Made by a program: the position numbers and the translations under genes. This document shows, one piece after another, positions 35,557 through 45,520 of a stretch of DNA of 52,887 nucleotides (position 1 is the stretch's first letter; the number at the start of each line of letters is the position of its first letter). Under the pieces are notes generated by a model. That model was not told where the DNA came from. It did not search any database and was given only the letters and a program-made list of their open reading frames with translations. Origin of the DNA: an uncultured Bacteroidales bacterium (GTDB lineage Bacteria; Bacteroidota; Bacteroidia; Bacteroidales; UBA10428); NCBI GenBank assembly GCA_964569585.1, contig CAZMVE010000007.1, positions 1-52,887 on the forward strand, in the 5' to 3' direction.

Positions 35557-37902
35557 ATGAAAACATTAATTATTTCACTTACATTTTTATGGGTAACCCT
35601 ATCAGCATTTGCCGAACAGGCTACTTTAAGCGGTTACCTCAAAGATAAATCCAATGGTGAGGCACTGATAGGCGCAACAGTTTATATCGAGGAACTTAAA
35701 ACAGGAGTAGTGTCGAATCCCTATGGTTTCTATTCTATTTCCATGCCCGCAGGTTCCTATAGTGTAACCTATTCCTATATTGGATATGAAGCTCAAACAC
35801 GCAGCATTAATCTTAAGGAAAACTCACAAGTTACCATAATGCTGGCCGAAGAGAGTGAGGTTATCGACGAAGTTATTGTAACGGGTGAAAAGAAAAACCG
35901 GAATGTGGAGAGTATTGATATCAGTACAGAAAAGATGCCGGTAGCCATGGTGAAGAAACTCCCGTCTTTCATGGGTGAAGCCGACATTATCAAGAGCATT
36001 CAGCTATTGCCCGGTATTCAGAGCGGTGGAGAAGGAAGCTCAGGATTGTACGTAAGGGGTGGAGGTCCAGGTGAGAACTTGTTGATTCTGGATGAAGCTC
36101 CTGTTTACAGTGCTTCTCACCTTATGGGATTCTTTTCGGTTTTTAATTCCGATGCTATAAAAGATATTGAAGTTTACAAAGGAGGCATTCCTTCTGTATA
36201 CGGAGGCAAAGCATCATCGGTGATTGATATAAGAATGAAGGATGGTAACTCACAACAACTGCAGCTTAATGGTGGCATTAGCAATATTTCAAGCCGTTTG
36301 ACTATTCAGGGTCCAATTATTAAGAATAAATGGAGCTTTATACTTTCAGGGCGCAGAACTTATGCCGATGTTGTAGGAAGGCTTGCCGGTATTGATGAGT
36401 TGAAAGGAAATGACCTCTATTTTTACGATCTTAATGGCAAAACGAATATCCAATTCGGACCAAAAGACCGATTGTATATTTCTGCGTACACCGGCGATGA
36501 TTATTTCAGACTGGGAGAGTCACTCTATAGCCGATGGGGTAATATAACCGGAACTGCCCGTTGGAACCATGTTTTTGGTGATAAGCTGTTCTCGAATACT
36601 TCCATTATATACTCAAAATACAATTACAATATGGGTGTTCCTGGCGATAATGCTGATCAGTTCGATTGGGCATCCGATATTGAAGACTATAATGTTAAGG
36701 TGGACTTAACCTGGTATCTCAATCCGCAGAATAAAATTTCGTATGGAGTAAATGGGATCTACCATCATTTTCAGCCGGGCAGAGTCGATGTAAATGAAGC
36801 TTCATATTATCACGATCTTATACTTACGCAATACAATGCACTTGATAATGCTGTATATATTGCCAATGAACAAAAAATTGGCAGCAGGCTTACCCTGCAA
36901 TATGGTTTCCGATACTCTGTTTTTCAACAGATAGGAGAGGGAAAAGTCAGAGAATATCTTGATCCGGAGAAACCACACTCAGATCAGATTATTGACGTTA
37001 AAGAATACGGTCCATGGGAAATTATTGGCAATTCTTACTCGAACTTTGAACCACGATTTTCCATGAAATATTCCTTAGGGCTCACAAGTTCGGTGAAGGC
37101 ATCCTATAACAGAATGGTTCAGAATCTGCATCTTGTATCGAATACCAATTCACCAACGCCTTTCGATATATGGCTTCCCAGCAATAAATATATAAAGCCT
37201 CTTCTGGTCGATCAGTATGTCCTCGGGTATTTCAGAAACTTCAGCAATGATGCTATTGAAACTTCGATTGAATTTTATTACAAGGATATGCAACATGTTA
37301 TCGATTATATCGATGGAGCTGAACTGTTTCTGAATGAAAATATCGAAACCGAATTGCTCGAGGGTAAAGGATATTCCTATGGTATAGAAGTTTTACTTAA
37401 GAAACAACAGGGTAAATTTACAGGATGGATTGGATATACCCTGTCGAGAACTATGCGTCAGATCCCCGGAATTAACGACGAAAAAGCCTATCCCTCTAGT
37501 TATGACCGGACACATGATTTGTCGATTGTACTAAACTATGAATTCAATGACTATTGGAACCTGTCCGGTAATTGGGTCTATGCTACAGGAAATCCTGTTT
37601 CTTACCCGGCTGCAAAGTATACGGTTCAGGACAACACAGTTTATTACTATACGGGTCGAAACAGTTACAGAATACCCGAATATCACAGAATGGATCTTTC
37701 ATTGATCTACAATTTTAAGAAGAACAAAACAAGAAGATTCGATCAGTCTTTGAATCTTTCGCTGTACAATGTTTATGCACGCAGGAATGCATATTCCGTT
37801 ACTTTCAGAGAGAATGAAACCAATCCGAATATATCGGAAGCAGTCCGACTCTCAATTATTGGAAATATAATTCCTGCTCTCACTTACAATTTTACATTTT
37901 AA
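35557..37902 (+). CDS. TonB-dependent receptor with N-terminal CarboxypepD_reg-like domain
   Basis: The ATG at 35557 gives signal MKTLIISLTFLWVTLSAFA. GYLKDKSNGEALIGATVYI is the Cna-B/CarboxypepD_reg region. A plug domain is present, and the beta-barrel ends ALTYNFTF. Confidence 0.85.
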   Translation: MKTLIISLTFLWVTLSAFAEQATLSGYLKDKSNGEALIGATVYIEELKTGVVSNPYGFYSISMPAGSYSVTYSYIGYEAQTRSINLKENSQVTIMLAEESEVIDEVIVTGEKKNRNVESIDISTEKMPVAMVKKLPSFMGEADIIKSIQLLPGIQSGGEGSSGLYVRGGGPGENLLILDEAPVYSASHLMGFFSVFNSDAIKDIEVYKGGIPSVYGGKASSVIDIRMKDGNSQQLQLNGGISNISSRLTIQGPIIKNKWSFILSGRRTYADVVGRLAGIDELKGNDLYFYDLNGKTNIQFGPKDRLYISAYTGDDYFRLGESLYSRWGNITGTARWNHVFGDKLFSNTSIIYSKYNYNMGVPGDNADQFDWASDIEDYNVKVDLTWYLNPQNKISYGVNGIYHHFQPGRVDVNEASYYHDLILTQYNALDNAVYIANEQKIGSRLTLQYGFRYSVFQQIGEGKVREYLDPEKPHSDQIIDVKEYGPWEIIGNSYSNFEPRFSMKYSLGLTSSVKASYNRMVQNLHLVSNTNSPTPFDIWLPSNKYIKPLLVDQYVLGYFRNFSNDAIETSIEFYYKDMQHVIDYIDGAELFLNENIETELLEGKGYSYGIEVLLKKQQGKFTGWIGYTLSRTMRQIPGINDEKAYPSSYDRTHDLSIVLNYEFNDYWNLSGNWVYATGNPVSYPAAKYTVQDNTVYYYTGRNSYRIPEYHRMDLSLIYNFKKNKTRRFDQSLNLSLYNVYARRNAYSVTFRENETNPNISEAVRLSIIGNIIPALTYNFTF

Positions 37903-37919
37903 TCGAAAATTCAATAATC

Positions 37920-38804
37920 ATGAAAAATTATATAATACCTGTTATTCTGGCAATCATACTTAGCTCATGCGAAGATGTTATAGATGTCGAACTGAATGAG
38001 CAAGACACCGGCCTGTATGCTGTAGAAGCAAAAATCACAACCATCGACCAGCCCTTTGTTTTCCTTTCTAAAGGATTGCCTGTTACTGTCGATGAAGATT
38101 TTAAAGGAATCAGCAATGCTCTGGTTACAATTACCGATAATGCTACTCCAGCCAATGAAATGATGCTGACTGAAGATCCTGACAAACCTGGATATTATAC
38201 AACTCCGGCAGGAAATACTTATCCGGGTATTACAGGAAGAGAATATACAATCAAAATTGAAACCGACGGAATAGTACTGACCGCTTCGGATATATTGTAT
38301 CCGGTAGAAAAAATTGATTCGATCGGTATTTGGCCCTCGCTTCGGGGAGATAAACGTTTTCTTGCTATTTTCACTTTTGGCAATGAAACTCCGGGTACCG
38401 GCAACTATTATAAATGGGATATTTTTATAAATGATACCTTACAGGGGGACGCTGAAATTATATCCCTTGCCAGTGATGAGTTGGTCGATGGCAATTATAT
38501 ATCCGGACTCGAGATTTTTACCGATTATCATGATCCGCATGCTCCCGAAGAACGTGTAATCCTTTACCTTGACAGGGTTCGAGTAGAACAGAACAGCATC
38601 TCGCAATTCGCCTTTAATTACTATTCACAATTAGTAAGTCAGAGTTTTGGGGGCAGTATGTTCAGTGTTCCACCTGCTAACATTGAGAGTAATTTTCAAA
38701 GTAGCGATGGAAAACAGGTACTTGGATTGTTTACGGCTCACGATGTTTCTGTCTCAAATACGGTAATAATCAACGATACAATTGAAAATCAACTAGTTGA
38801 TTAA
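37920..38804 (+). CDS. DUF4249-like lipoprotein, the usual partner of this receptor subfamily
   Basis: Lipobox ILSSCED. The size and its position immediately downstream of a CarboxypepD_reg-type TonB receptor support the call. Family assignment is from context and general pattern only. Confidence 0.55.
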   Translation: MKNYIIPVILAIILSSCEDVIDVELNEQDTGLYAVEAKITTIDQPFVFLSKGLPVTVDEDFKGISNALVTITDNATPANEMMLTEDPDKPGYYTTPAGNTYPGITGREYTIKIETDGIVLTASDILYPVEKIDSIGIWPSLRGDKRFLAIFTFGNETPGTGNYYKWDIFINDTLQGDAEIISLASDELVDGNYISGLEIFTDYHDPHAPEERVILYLDRVRVEQNSISQFAFNYYSQLVSQSFGGSMFSVPPANIESNFQSSDGKQVLGLFTAHDVSVSNTVIINDTIENQLVD

Positions 38805-38920
38805 TCATTTTAACTTTAGTTAATTCCTGAGACATGTTCTTTGTTAAATAATTGGACAATTCGCTAAAGAGCAAAACACAGATTTATTGACAATCGGACC
38901 AGGAAAATGAAATAGTCTGA

Positions 38921-39367
38921 TTATACTGAAACCTGTATGTACATATAAAAGTATGTGTATATAAACGACCAGCCTATTTGTCCTGCCAGTAACCAGATAA
39001 TTTTATCGATCCGGGTTCCATAGTATTTTGTAGTCAGAAATGCACCCACCGGGATTGATAGTATGATAGGAGAGAGGATTACAATTCCAGGCAGTCCGTA
39101 TTTCCTTTTTATCATCACAACAAAGCGATTTCGCCGGGTAAACTTCCGCTTTTTAGAATACCTTTGTCCGAATAGTGAAGCAATATATTTACTCCAGAAA
39201 AATATCAATGTCTTAGAAAGGTAGATAAAGAAAAGCAGGCCCAGCAGGCCCCCGATATTAGTAAACACTATAGTCTTCCAGAATGAAAACTTCATTCCAA
39301 ATACAGCAACAGGAAAAGTTAGGGCAAATTTCCAGGTGCAACAGAGAATTACGGTAATTTCTTTCAT
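38921..39367 (-). CDS. Hypothetical multi-pass membrane protein
   Basis: Four hydrophobic segments with a basic loop KKRKFTRRNR. The ATG at 39367 is preferred over the TTG at 39430. Confidence 0.45.
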   Translation of the reverse strand: MKEITVILCCTWKFALTFPVAVFGMKFSFWKTIVFTNIGGLLGLLFFIYLSKTLIFFWSKYIASLFGQRYSKKRKFTRRNRFVVMIKRKYGLPGIVILSPIILSIPVGAFLTTKYYGTRIDKIIWLLAGQIGWSFIYTYFYMYIQVSV

Positions 39368-39563
39368 TAACAGGGAATACTTGAATAGGTTGAAATATTC
39401 AAGATTATTGAAAAAATTTGAAATAGTCAATAGAGATCATCTATTAATTTCCAAGAAAAGCAATGATTCAGTACAATAGAAGGAGAGAAGTTACTTCTAA
39501 CAACTCTCCTTCACCCATTAATCCTAAGGTTGGATTTGATCTATGAAAAAAAATACTAAACTT

Positions 39564-41444
39564 TTAATATAAGAGAAACGCACTGCATTGTATGGTAGTA
39601 TTACCTTTAACACGCAGCAAATAATATCCTTTCGATAAATCAGAAAAATCGAATTGATACTGGTTCAGGCCTGAATTGGCATAACCAAGGTCAACGGATC
39701 GGATTATTTTACCGTTGGTTTGTAATACTTGGAGAATAAGATTATCAGTCTGCTCAAGATCAATAGTAATTGCAATCTCTTCCCTGGCAGGATTAGGAAA
39801 AACTTTGAGTAAATCGGGCTTAACTGCATAATCAGACAGACCTTCGACTGGCGGAATAGTTGGGAAAGCGATTCCGGTATCAAAGAAATCCCAAATCAGG
39901 TCGGTGGCTGAAACTTTCATCGTTGTGCCGTTATTCACGGGCCATGCATGCTGGTCCCAGGGTAATGTATAAAAAAGGATCGTAGTATCGCTTTCGGAAT
40001 TTGTCCATACTTCACCAACATAGTCCTGTTCGTTGTATACAGTGTCAGGATCATTATTACAATCATTAACCGTTAGCCAATAGTTAAGTGCAGTATTCCT
40101 GACATTTGAATAATTTACTGAAGGATCATTTTTCGCATGCAGGTGGATCATTCTTACAGGATTTGTTTCTACTTCCGCATCGAAAGTTACCATACCTCCG
40201 ACTGTACCTATGGCATTAATCAATCCATCGGTTTCAAATGCCAGCCTGTTGGCCAGTCCGCAGCCATCGGAAAAGCCTATAACGAAAACCTTAGTTGAGT
40301 CAATCGGGAAACGGATAAACATGGTATCAATAACAGCCTTACTATAGCCAATATCATCGGGTTTTTCCTCATCCATGAAGTAATTCCAGCTTAAATCGGG
40401 TGGGGGACCCACATAGTGCAGGTAAGCCATAAAGAAATTGCTGCGATTTGCTTTTGCGCTAAGGCCTGTCATTTGTTCCATTTCCTGGGCATTGCTATTC
40501 CATCCATGAGCTGCCAGAATCAGAGGATATTTCTCAGTAGTATCTACTGAATAAAAGAATCGGCTTGGAATTTGGATTTTGAAATCGCGCTGACGAGGTC
40601 CCTCAGGTATCGTATCGTAAATAACATAGGTTTTGTTAATACCTGAAGAGAAGAATTCCCACATCCTGTTAGTGGTTCCCAATCTGGAATTGAGATTCCA
40701 CTGATGTCCTCCTGTCTCACTCAGGTAAAGCATGACGTTAGCAGTACTATCCTCAGATGGATAGAGGATGCCTTTAATTTTGCTGTCGTTACGAAAAGTA
40801 TCGGGTTCGGCAGTTATACCATTGATGGTTTTCCAGTCATCGAGCAGATCGTACACCGATGGATAGCCCCACATACCATTAATATCAACAGAACTATCAT
40901 CCAGTGCGTGAATATGGAGGATAGGAACAGGATGAGTGGGAGGAGCCACATCCATGGCGAGTAATCCGGCTACGGCTGCATAGCCTGCAATTCTTTCAGA
41001 AAGAACATTGGCCAGAGCGTAACCCATTATGGCACCATTTGAAAAACCTGCAAGAAATACTTTCTCTGGATCCACGGGATTTTCTTCGATCAACGTATCG
41101 ATCAATGCTGTAATAAAACCGATATCGTCGACGCCCTCACTGGCAGCCGGATCACAGCAGGAACCTGCATTCCAGGAGTTGCCTACGCCCTGCGGATATA
41201 CTGCAATAAATTCTTCCTGATCAGCCTTTAAACTAAAGGAAGTGATGGATTCAAATGAAGCTGCTGTACAACCCAGATAATGAAGGGCGATAACAACCGG
41301 AACATCTTCACTTACCGGCAGGTTATCGGGAACATGAATCAGATAGGAGCGCTCTACGCCGTCGACATCGATTGTTTGTGCAAAGAGCAAATTAGAATAA
41401 CAAAATGCGATAGTAATAATAAAAATACTTAGAATTTTTTTCAT
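39564..41444 (-). CDS. Tandem double esterase (PHB-depolymerase/LpqC-like alpha/beta hydrolase x2) with type-A T9SS CTD
   Basis: Two nucleophile elbows, KVFLAGFSNGAIMG and KVFVIGFSDGCGLA, each in a ~270-aa module. The C-terminal VFPNPAREEIAI...YYLLRV is a sorting domain. Confidence 0.8.
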   Translation of the reverse strand: MKKILSIFIITIAFCYSNLLFAQTIDVDGVERSYLIHVPDNLPVSEDVPVVIALHYLGCTAASFESITSFSLKADQEEFIAVYPQGVGNSWNAGSCCDPAASEGVDDIGFITALIDTLIEENPVDPEKVFLAGFSNGAIMGYALANVLSERIAGYAAVAGLLAMDVAPPTHPVPILHIHALDDSSVDINGMWGYPSVYDLLDDWKTINGITAEPDTFRNDSKIKGILYPSEDSTANVMLYLSETGGHQWNLNSRLGTTNRMWEFFSSGINKTYVIYDTIPEGPRQRDFKIQIPSRFFYSVDTTEKYPLILAAHGWNSNAQEMEQMTGLSAKANRSNFFMAYLHYVGPPPDLSWNYFMDEEKPDDIGYSKAVIDTMFIRFPIDSTKVFVIGFSDGCGLANRLAFETDGLINAIGTVGGMVTFDAEVETNPVRMIHLHAKNDPSVNYSNVRNTALNYWLTVNDCNNDPDTVYNEQDYVGEVWTNSESDTTILFYTLPWDQHAWPVNNGTTMKVSATDLIWDFFDTGIAFPTIPPVEGLSDYAVKPDLLKVFPNPAREEIAITIDLEQTDNLILQVLQTNGKIIRSVDLGYANSGLNQYQFDFSDLSKGYYLLRVKGNTTIQCSAFLLY

Positions 41445-41529
41445 GATGGCGTTGGAATTTTATACTATTACATTTCAACAGGCACTTACCCTTACTAAGA
41501 AAAAAAATACTATTTCATTTTGTATCATG

Positions 41530-41567
41530 AAAAAACCGGATAAAGCCAGAAAAAATGGTTTACCCGG
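41530..41567 (-). terminator. Possible terminator of the methyltransferase gene
   Basis: On the minus strand CCGGGTAAACCA, a 7-nt loop (UUUUUUC) and TGGCTTTATCCGG form an imperfect stem with a bulge and a mismatch, followed by T6. Confidence 0.4.
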
Positions 41568-41629
41568 TAATTTGTAATTTATTGAAAATAAATAATTTCC
41601 GTAGGATCAAATTGCATTAATTTGTCCCA

Positions 41630-42370
41630 TCAGTTTTTCCAGATGAAAAATTCATATCCGCAATAATCGAGGTATTTTTTAACTATCTCATTTTCAAATT
41701 CAATAGAGTTGAAAGTTTCCTGAGCCTCTTTTATTGTAGCATATTTTGCTCTCAGAAGCGTTATTATCTCCTCCAGGTACGAAATGAACTCCTCTATCCA
41801 GCCTTTACGAGGTAGCGTAAAATGATCAATTAAACGGTATCCTTCCTGCCGGGCAGCTTCGAGCGTCTGTTCAATGTTCAAAACCGTAAGACATTCTTTC
41901 TTCCAGTGTTGAGTCAATTCAGCAGGCCTGTCTTCCCGGAGCCATACCAGGTCGGTTAACACAAGAAAGCCATCCCTTTTCAGGAATTTTTTCCATTGTT
42001 TTAAACCCTCTTTCATTCCAATAATAAATACGGCTCCTTCTGACCAGATCACATTAAATAGTTCACCGCCGAAAGGTAATTCTGACATATCGGCATTGAT
42101 ACAGGATATTGTTTCCGCTAGTCCTTCCTTCTGAGCTGCCTTCTCAAGGCAATCGAGGAAATATTGGTGATTATCGATAGCCGTAATTTTTGCATGGCTT
42201 ATTTTTGCGAGTTCAATGGTTTGTACACCTTTCCCGCAGCCTATATCAAGTATTTCAGGCCGCGAGGGAAGATAACTTTTAATAAAGTTAAACGCTTGTT
42301 GTGTCGATTCTTTCAATCCGGGTCCCTGACGGGGTATATTCTCAAAAACTTCGTAGAAATATTCATTCAT
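41630..42370 (-). CDS. Class I SAM-dependent methyltransferase
   Basis: ILDIGCGKGVQT (motif I), then AIDNH and VIWSEGA. Confidence 0.8.
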   Translation of the reverse strand: MNEYFYEVFENIPRQGPGLKESTQQAFNFIKSYLPSRPEILDIGCGKGVQTIELAKISHAKITAIDNHQYFLDCLEKAAQKEGLAETISCINADMSELPFGGELFNVIWSEGAVFIIGMKEGLKQWKKFLKRDGFLVLTDLVWLREDRPAELTQHWKKECLTVLNIEQTLEAARQEGYRLIDHFTLPRKGWIEEFISYLEEIITLLRAKYATIKEAQETFNSIEFENEIVKKYLDYCGYEFFIWKN

Positions 42371-42680
42371 GACTTGAATTTATTTGACTATACTATACAA
42401 TAATATAGCATAAGTTATTAATTACTATTAATATTATGTTTATGGAGTTAACTTTATTTATGGAAATATTGCCCGTTAAATATTAGATAAATTAACGGAT
42501 GAACAATAAAGCATCTCGTGATTGCATAAGTCCGTAAGGACTATCCTACAATTATAGAATGCATAGAAGTCATAAAGCTATTTGAACCAAAGATACTTAT
42601 TTGGTTGAAACCTTAAATAGATTTTTTCTATAATTGTTAACCGGATACTGAGCCCTTACTTATAAAAACCTGGACAGGTT

Positions 42681-42722
42681 AAAAAAAAAGACTGCCTGTA
42701 TAAATAATGAACAGACAGCCTT
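42681..42722 (-). terminator. Intrinsic terminator of clpC
   Basis: On the minus strand AAGGCUGUCUGU (42722-42711) pairs with ACAGGCAGUCUU (42699-42688). This is a 12-bp stem including two G-U pairs, followed by a U9 run. Confidence 0.65.
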
Positions 42723-42743
42723 AGAAATAATAAATTTAACTAA

Positions 42744-45308
42744 CTACTCCTCTTTATTTTTAGCAGCTAGCTTCTGGTTACCCTTTTCTTTCTGGATTAC
42801 TTTAATAGTTATTTCTTCATTCTTTTTACTGAATCCAACCGAAATAGTATCTCCTTCTTTAATTTCCGATCGGATAAGTACTTCGGCCATAGGGTCCTCC
42901 AGGTATTTCTGGATGGCTCTCTTCAAAGGTCGGGCACCGAACTGAATGTCGTAACCCTTTTCGGCTATAAAACTTTTTGCTACCTCGGAAAGCTTAATTT
43001 TATATCCCAGCTTAATGATTCTATTATAGAGTCCGTCAAGCTCGATATCAATGATTTTAAAGATATCCTCTTTTGTAAGGGCATTAAACAATACCACATC
43101 GTCGATACGATTCAGAAACTCAGGGGCAAAAGCTTTTTTTAAGGCATTCTGTATTACACTCTTTGTGTAATCGCTCATCTGCGTCTTTTTTGCTGTCGTG
43201 TTAAATCCAACTCCCTGTCCAAAGTCCTTAATTTGCCGTGTACCAATGTTAGAAGTCATTATAACAATAGTGTTTCTGAAATCCACTCTTCTTCCCAGGC
43301 TGTCGGTAAGTTGCCCTTCATCTAGCACCTGCAATAAAATATGGAAGACATCGGGGTGGGCTTTTTCAATTTCATCGAGCAATACCACGCAATAGGGTTT
43401 GCGCCGCACTTTTTCGGTGAGTTGTCCGCCCTCTTCATATCCGACATAACCCGGAGGGGCTCCAACCAGACGTGAGACAGAGAATTTTTCCATGTACTCG
43501 CTCATATCGATACGAACCAGGTTGTCGGTACTTTCAAAAAGATAACTGGACAGCACTTTTGCCAGCTGAGTTTTACCAACACCTGTGGGACCAAGAAATA
43601 TAAAAGTTCCGATAGGCTTGTTAGGGTCCTTTAATCCGGCGCGGTTGCGCTGTATCGATTTGACAACTTTTGAAACCGCTTCAACCTGACCAATAACACT
43701 GGCGCTAAGTTCTTTGCCCATATTCAGTAAGCGGATACCTTCGGCCTGAGCGATTCTCTGAACAGGAATGCCCGTCATCATGGCAACCACCTCGGCTACC
43801 TTTTCCTCATCAACAATCTCACGATTACGTGCAAGCTCTTTTTCCCAGCGTATTTTTTCCTCTTCGAGTTGTTCGATATATTCTTTTTCCTTATCGCGGA
43901 AACTGGCAGCCTTTTCAAAATTCTGATTTTTTACTGCCGTGATTTTTTCCTTTTTTGTTTCTTCAACCTTTTGTTCAAGGTCCAGAATGATATCAGGCAC
44001 AATAATATTGGAAATATGAACGCGTGAACCCGATTCGTCAAGTGCATCGATGGCTTTATCAGGCAGGTGCCTGTCGGTAATATACCTGTTGGTAAGGTGT
44101 ACGCAGGCAGTTATTGCTTCGGGAGTATAAATTACGTTATGATGATCTTCGTAACGTTCCTTGATATTATTGAGAATCTCCTGGGTTTCTTCTTCGCTGG
44201 TGGGTTCCACCATCACTTTTTGAAATCTTCGTTCCAGGGCTCCGTCTTTCTCGATATGTTGCCGGTATTCATCCAGTGTTGTGGCTCCAACACATTGAAT
44301 ATCGCCGCGGGCAAGGGCGGGTTTCAGCATGTTGGCGGCATCGAGCGATCCGGTTGCTCCTCCGGCTCCAACAATGGTATGAATTTCATCGATAAACAGG
44401 ATAACATCGGCAGTTTTCTGCAATTCGTTCAGTATGGCTTTCATACGTTCTTCAAACTGTCCGCGGTATTTGGTTCCTGCAACAATCGAAGCCAGGTCGA
44501 GTGTGACCACACGCTTGCCGAATAATACACGGCTCACTTTGCGTTTCATTATCCGTAGGGCAAGTCCTTCGACTATTGCCGATTTGCCAACACCGGGTTC
44601 ACCAATAAGAATGGGATTGTTTTTCTTGCGGCGGCTGAGAATTTGTGCCAGACGTTCAATTTCTTTTTCACGACCAACTATAGGATCGAGCCGGTCCTCT
44701 TCAGCTGCTTTGGTAAGATCGATTCCAAAATTGTCCAGTACGGGAGTTTCAGAGCCCGATTTGGAACCCGATTCGGGACTGCCACCACTTTTTTGAGGTC
44801 CGAATGTGCTTCCCGGTTCATCTTCATCGCTGGGGAATTCAGCCTTTGGATCGGAGTGTTCGACCGAGTCGGAGTTTTCTTTCTCGAGTTCCCTCCGGAC
44901 ACTTTCATAATCAATTTCATGCGTTCCCAGTACTTTCCGTACATTGCCGGTTTCTTCCTTTAAGATAGCCAGCAGGAGATGACCTGTATCTATAGTTGAT
45001 TTTTTTAGCGATTTAGCTTCGAGATATACCAGCTTAAGTATGCGTTCCGAAGATTTAAGAAGCGGGATATTATCGGCGCGTGTAACCTTTATAGGCCCGG
45101 AGGGATTCAATGATCCTTCCACTTCTTTTCTTAGCTCATAGAGATTGGCTCCCAGAGTTACAAGCACATCGATGGCAATGCCTTCTCCTTCCCGTAAAAT
45201 TCCGAGGAAAAGATGTTCGGGTGCAATCTCTGTATTACCAAGCCTTATAGCTTCTTCTTTACTATATGATAGTACATCCTTTATCCGTTGTGAAAACTTA
45301 GCATCCAT
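42744..45308 (-). CDS. clpC: Clp/Hsp100 AAA+ chaperone, ClpC type
   Basis: N-terminal Clp repeats, two Walker A motifs (GEPGVGKS and GPTGVGKT) and the UVR-like linker FEKAASFRDKEKE typical of ClpC rather than ClpB. Confidence 0.9.
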   Translation of the reverse strand: MDAKFSQRIKDVLSYSKEEAIRLGNTEIAPEHLFLGILREGEGIAIDVLVTLGANLYELRKEVEGSLNPSGPIKVTRADNIPLLKSSERILKLVYLEAKSLKKSTIDTGHLLLAILKEETGNVRKVLGTHEIDYESVRRELEKENSDSVEHSDPKAEFPSDEDEPGSTFGPQKSGGSPESGSKSGSETPVLDNFGIDLTKAAEEDRLDPIVGREKEIERLAQILSRRKKNNPILIGEPGVGKSAIVEGLALRIMKRKVSRVLFGKRVVTLDLASIVAGTKYRGQFEERMKAILNELQKTADVILFIDEIHTIVGAGGATGSLDAANMLKPALARGDIQCVGATTLDEYRQHIEKDGALERRFQKVMVEPTSEEETQEILNNIKERYEDHHNVIYTPEAITACVHLTNRYITDRHLPDKAIDALDESGSRVHISNIIVPDIILDLEQKVEETKKEKITAVKNQNFEKAASFRDKEKEYIEQLEEEKIRWEKELARNREIVDEEKVAEVVAMMTGIPVQRIAQAEGIRLLNMGKELSASVIGQVEAVSKVVKSIQRNRAGLKDPNKPIGTFIFLGPTGVGKTQLAKVLSSYLFESTDNLVRIDMSEYMEKFSVSRLVGAPPGYVGYEEGGQLTEKVRRKPYCVVLLDEIEKAHPDVFHILLQVLDEGQLTDSLGRRVDFRNTIVIMTSNIGTRQIKDFGQGVGFNTTAKKTQMSDYTKSVIQNALKKAFAPEFLNRIDDVVLFNALTKEDIFKIIDIELDGLYNRIIKLGYKIKLSEVAKSFIAEKGYDIQFGARPLKRAIQKYLEDPMAEVLIRSEIKEGDTISVGFSKKNEEITIKVIQKEKGNQKLAAKNKEE

Positions 45309-45520
45309 ACCTATGATATTTTCCTTTCAGTTATTAGAATTTGCAGCGCTTGGAGTACGACAAATATAGTAATAATTAACAAGGTATTATAAACAGGTTT
45401 TGTTGATAATTACACTCATTTTTTTTGACGTTTTCCCGCCATAAATATCTACTTTAGCATGCTTATTTTCTAATAAATTTAATAATATTTTTCCACAATA
45501 TAAATATATAATATCATTCA

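Noticed and set aside
33721-38804. Trehalase plus TonB-dependent receptor plus lipoprotein as a polysaccharide utilisation locus
   Set aside because: There is no SusD-like gene. The receptor is the CarboxypepD_reg/DUF4249-partner subtype rather than SusC-like. A 135-bp gap separates trehalase from the receptor. The adjacency is probably coincidental.
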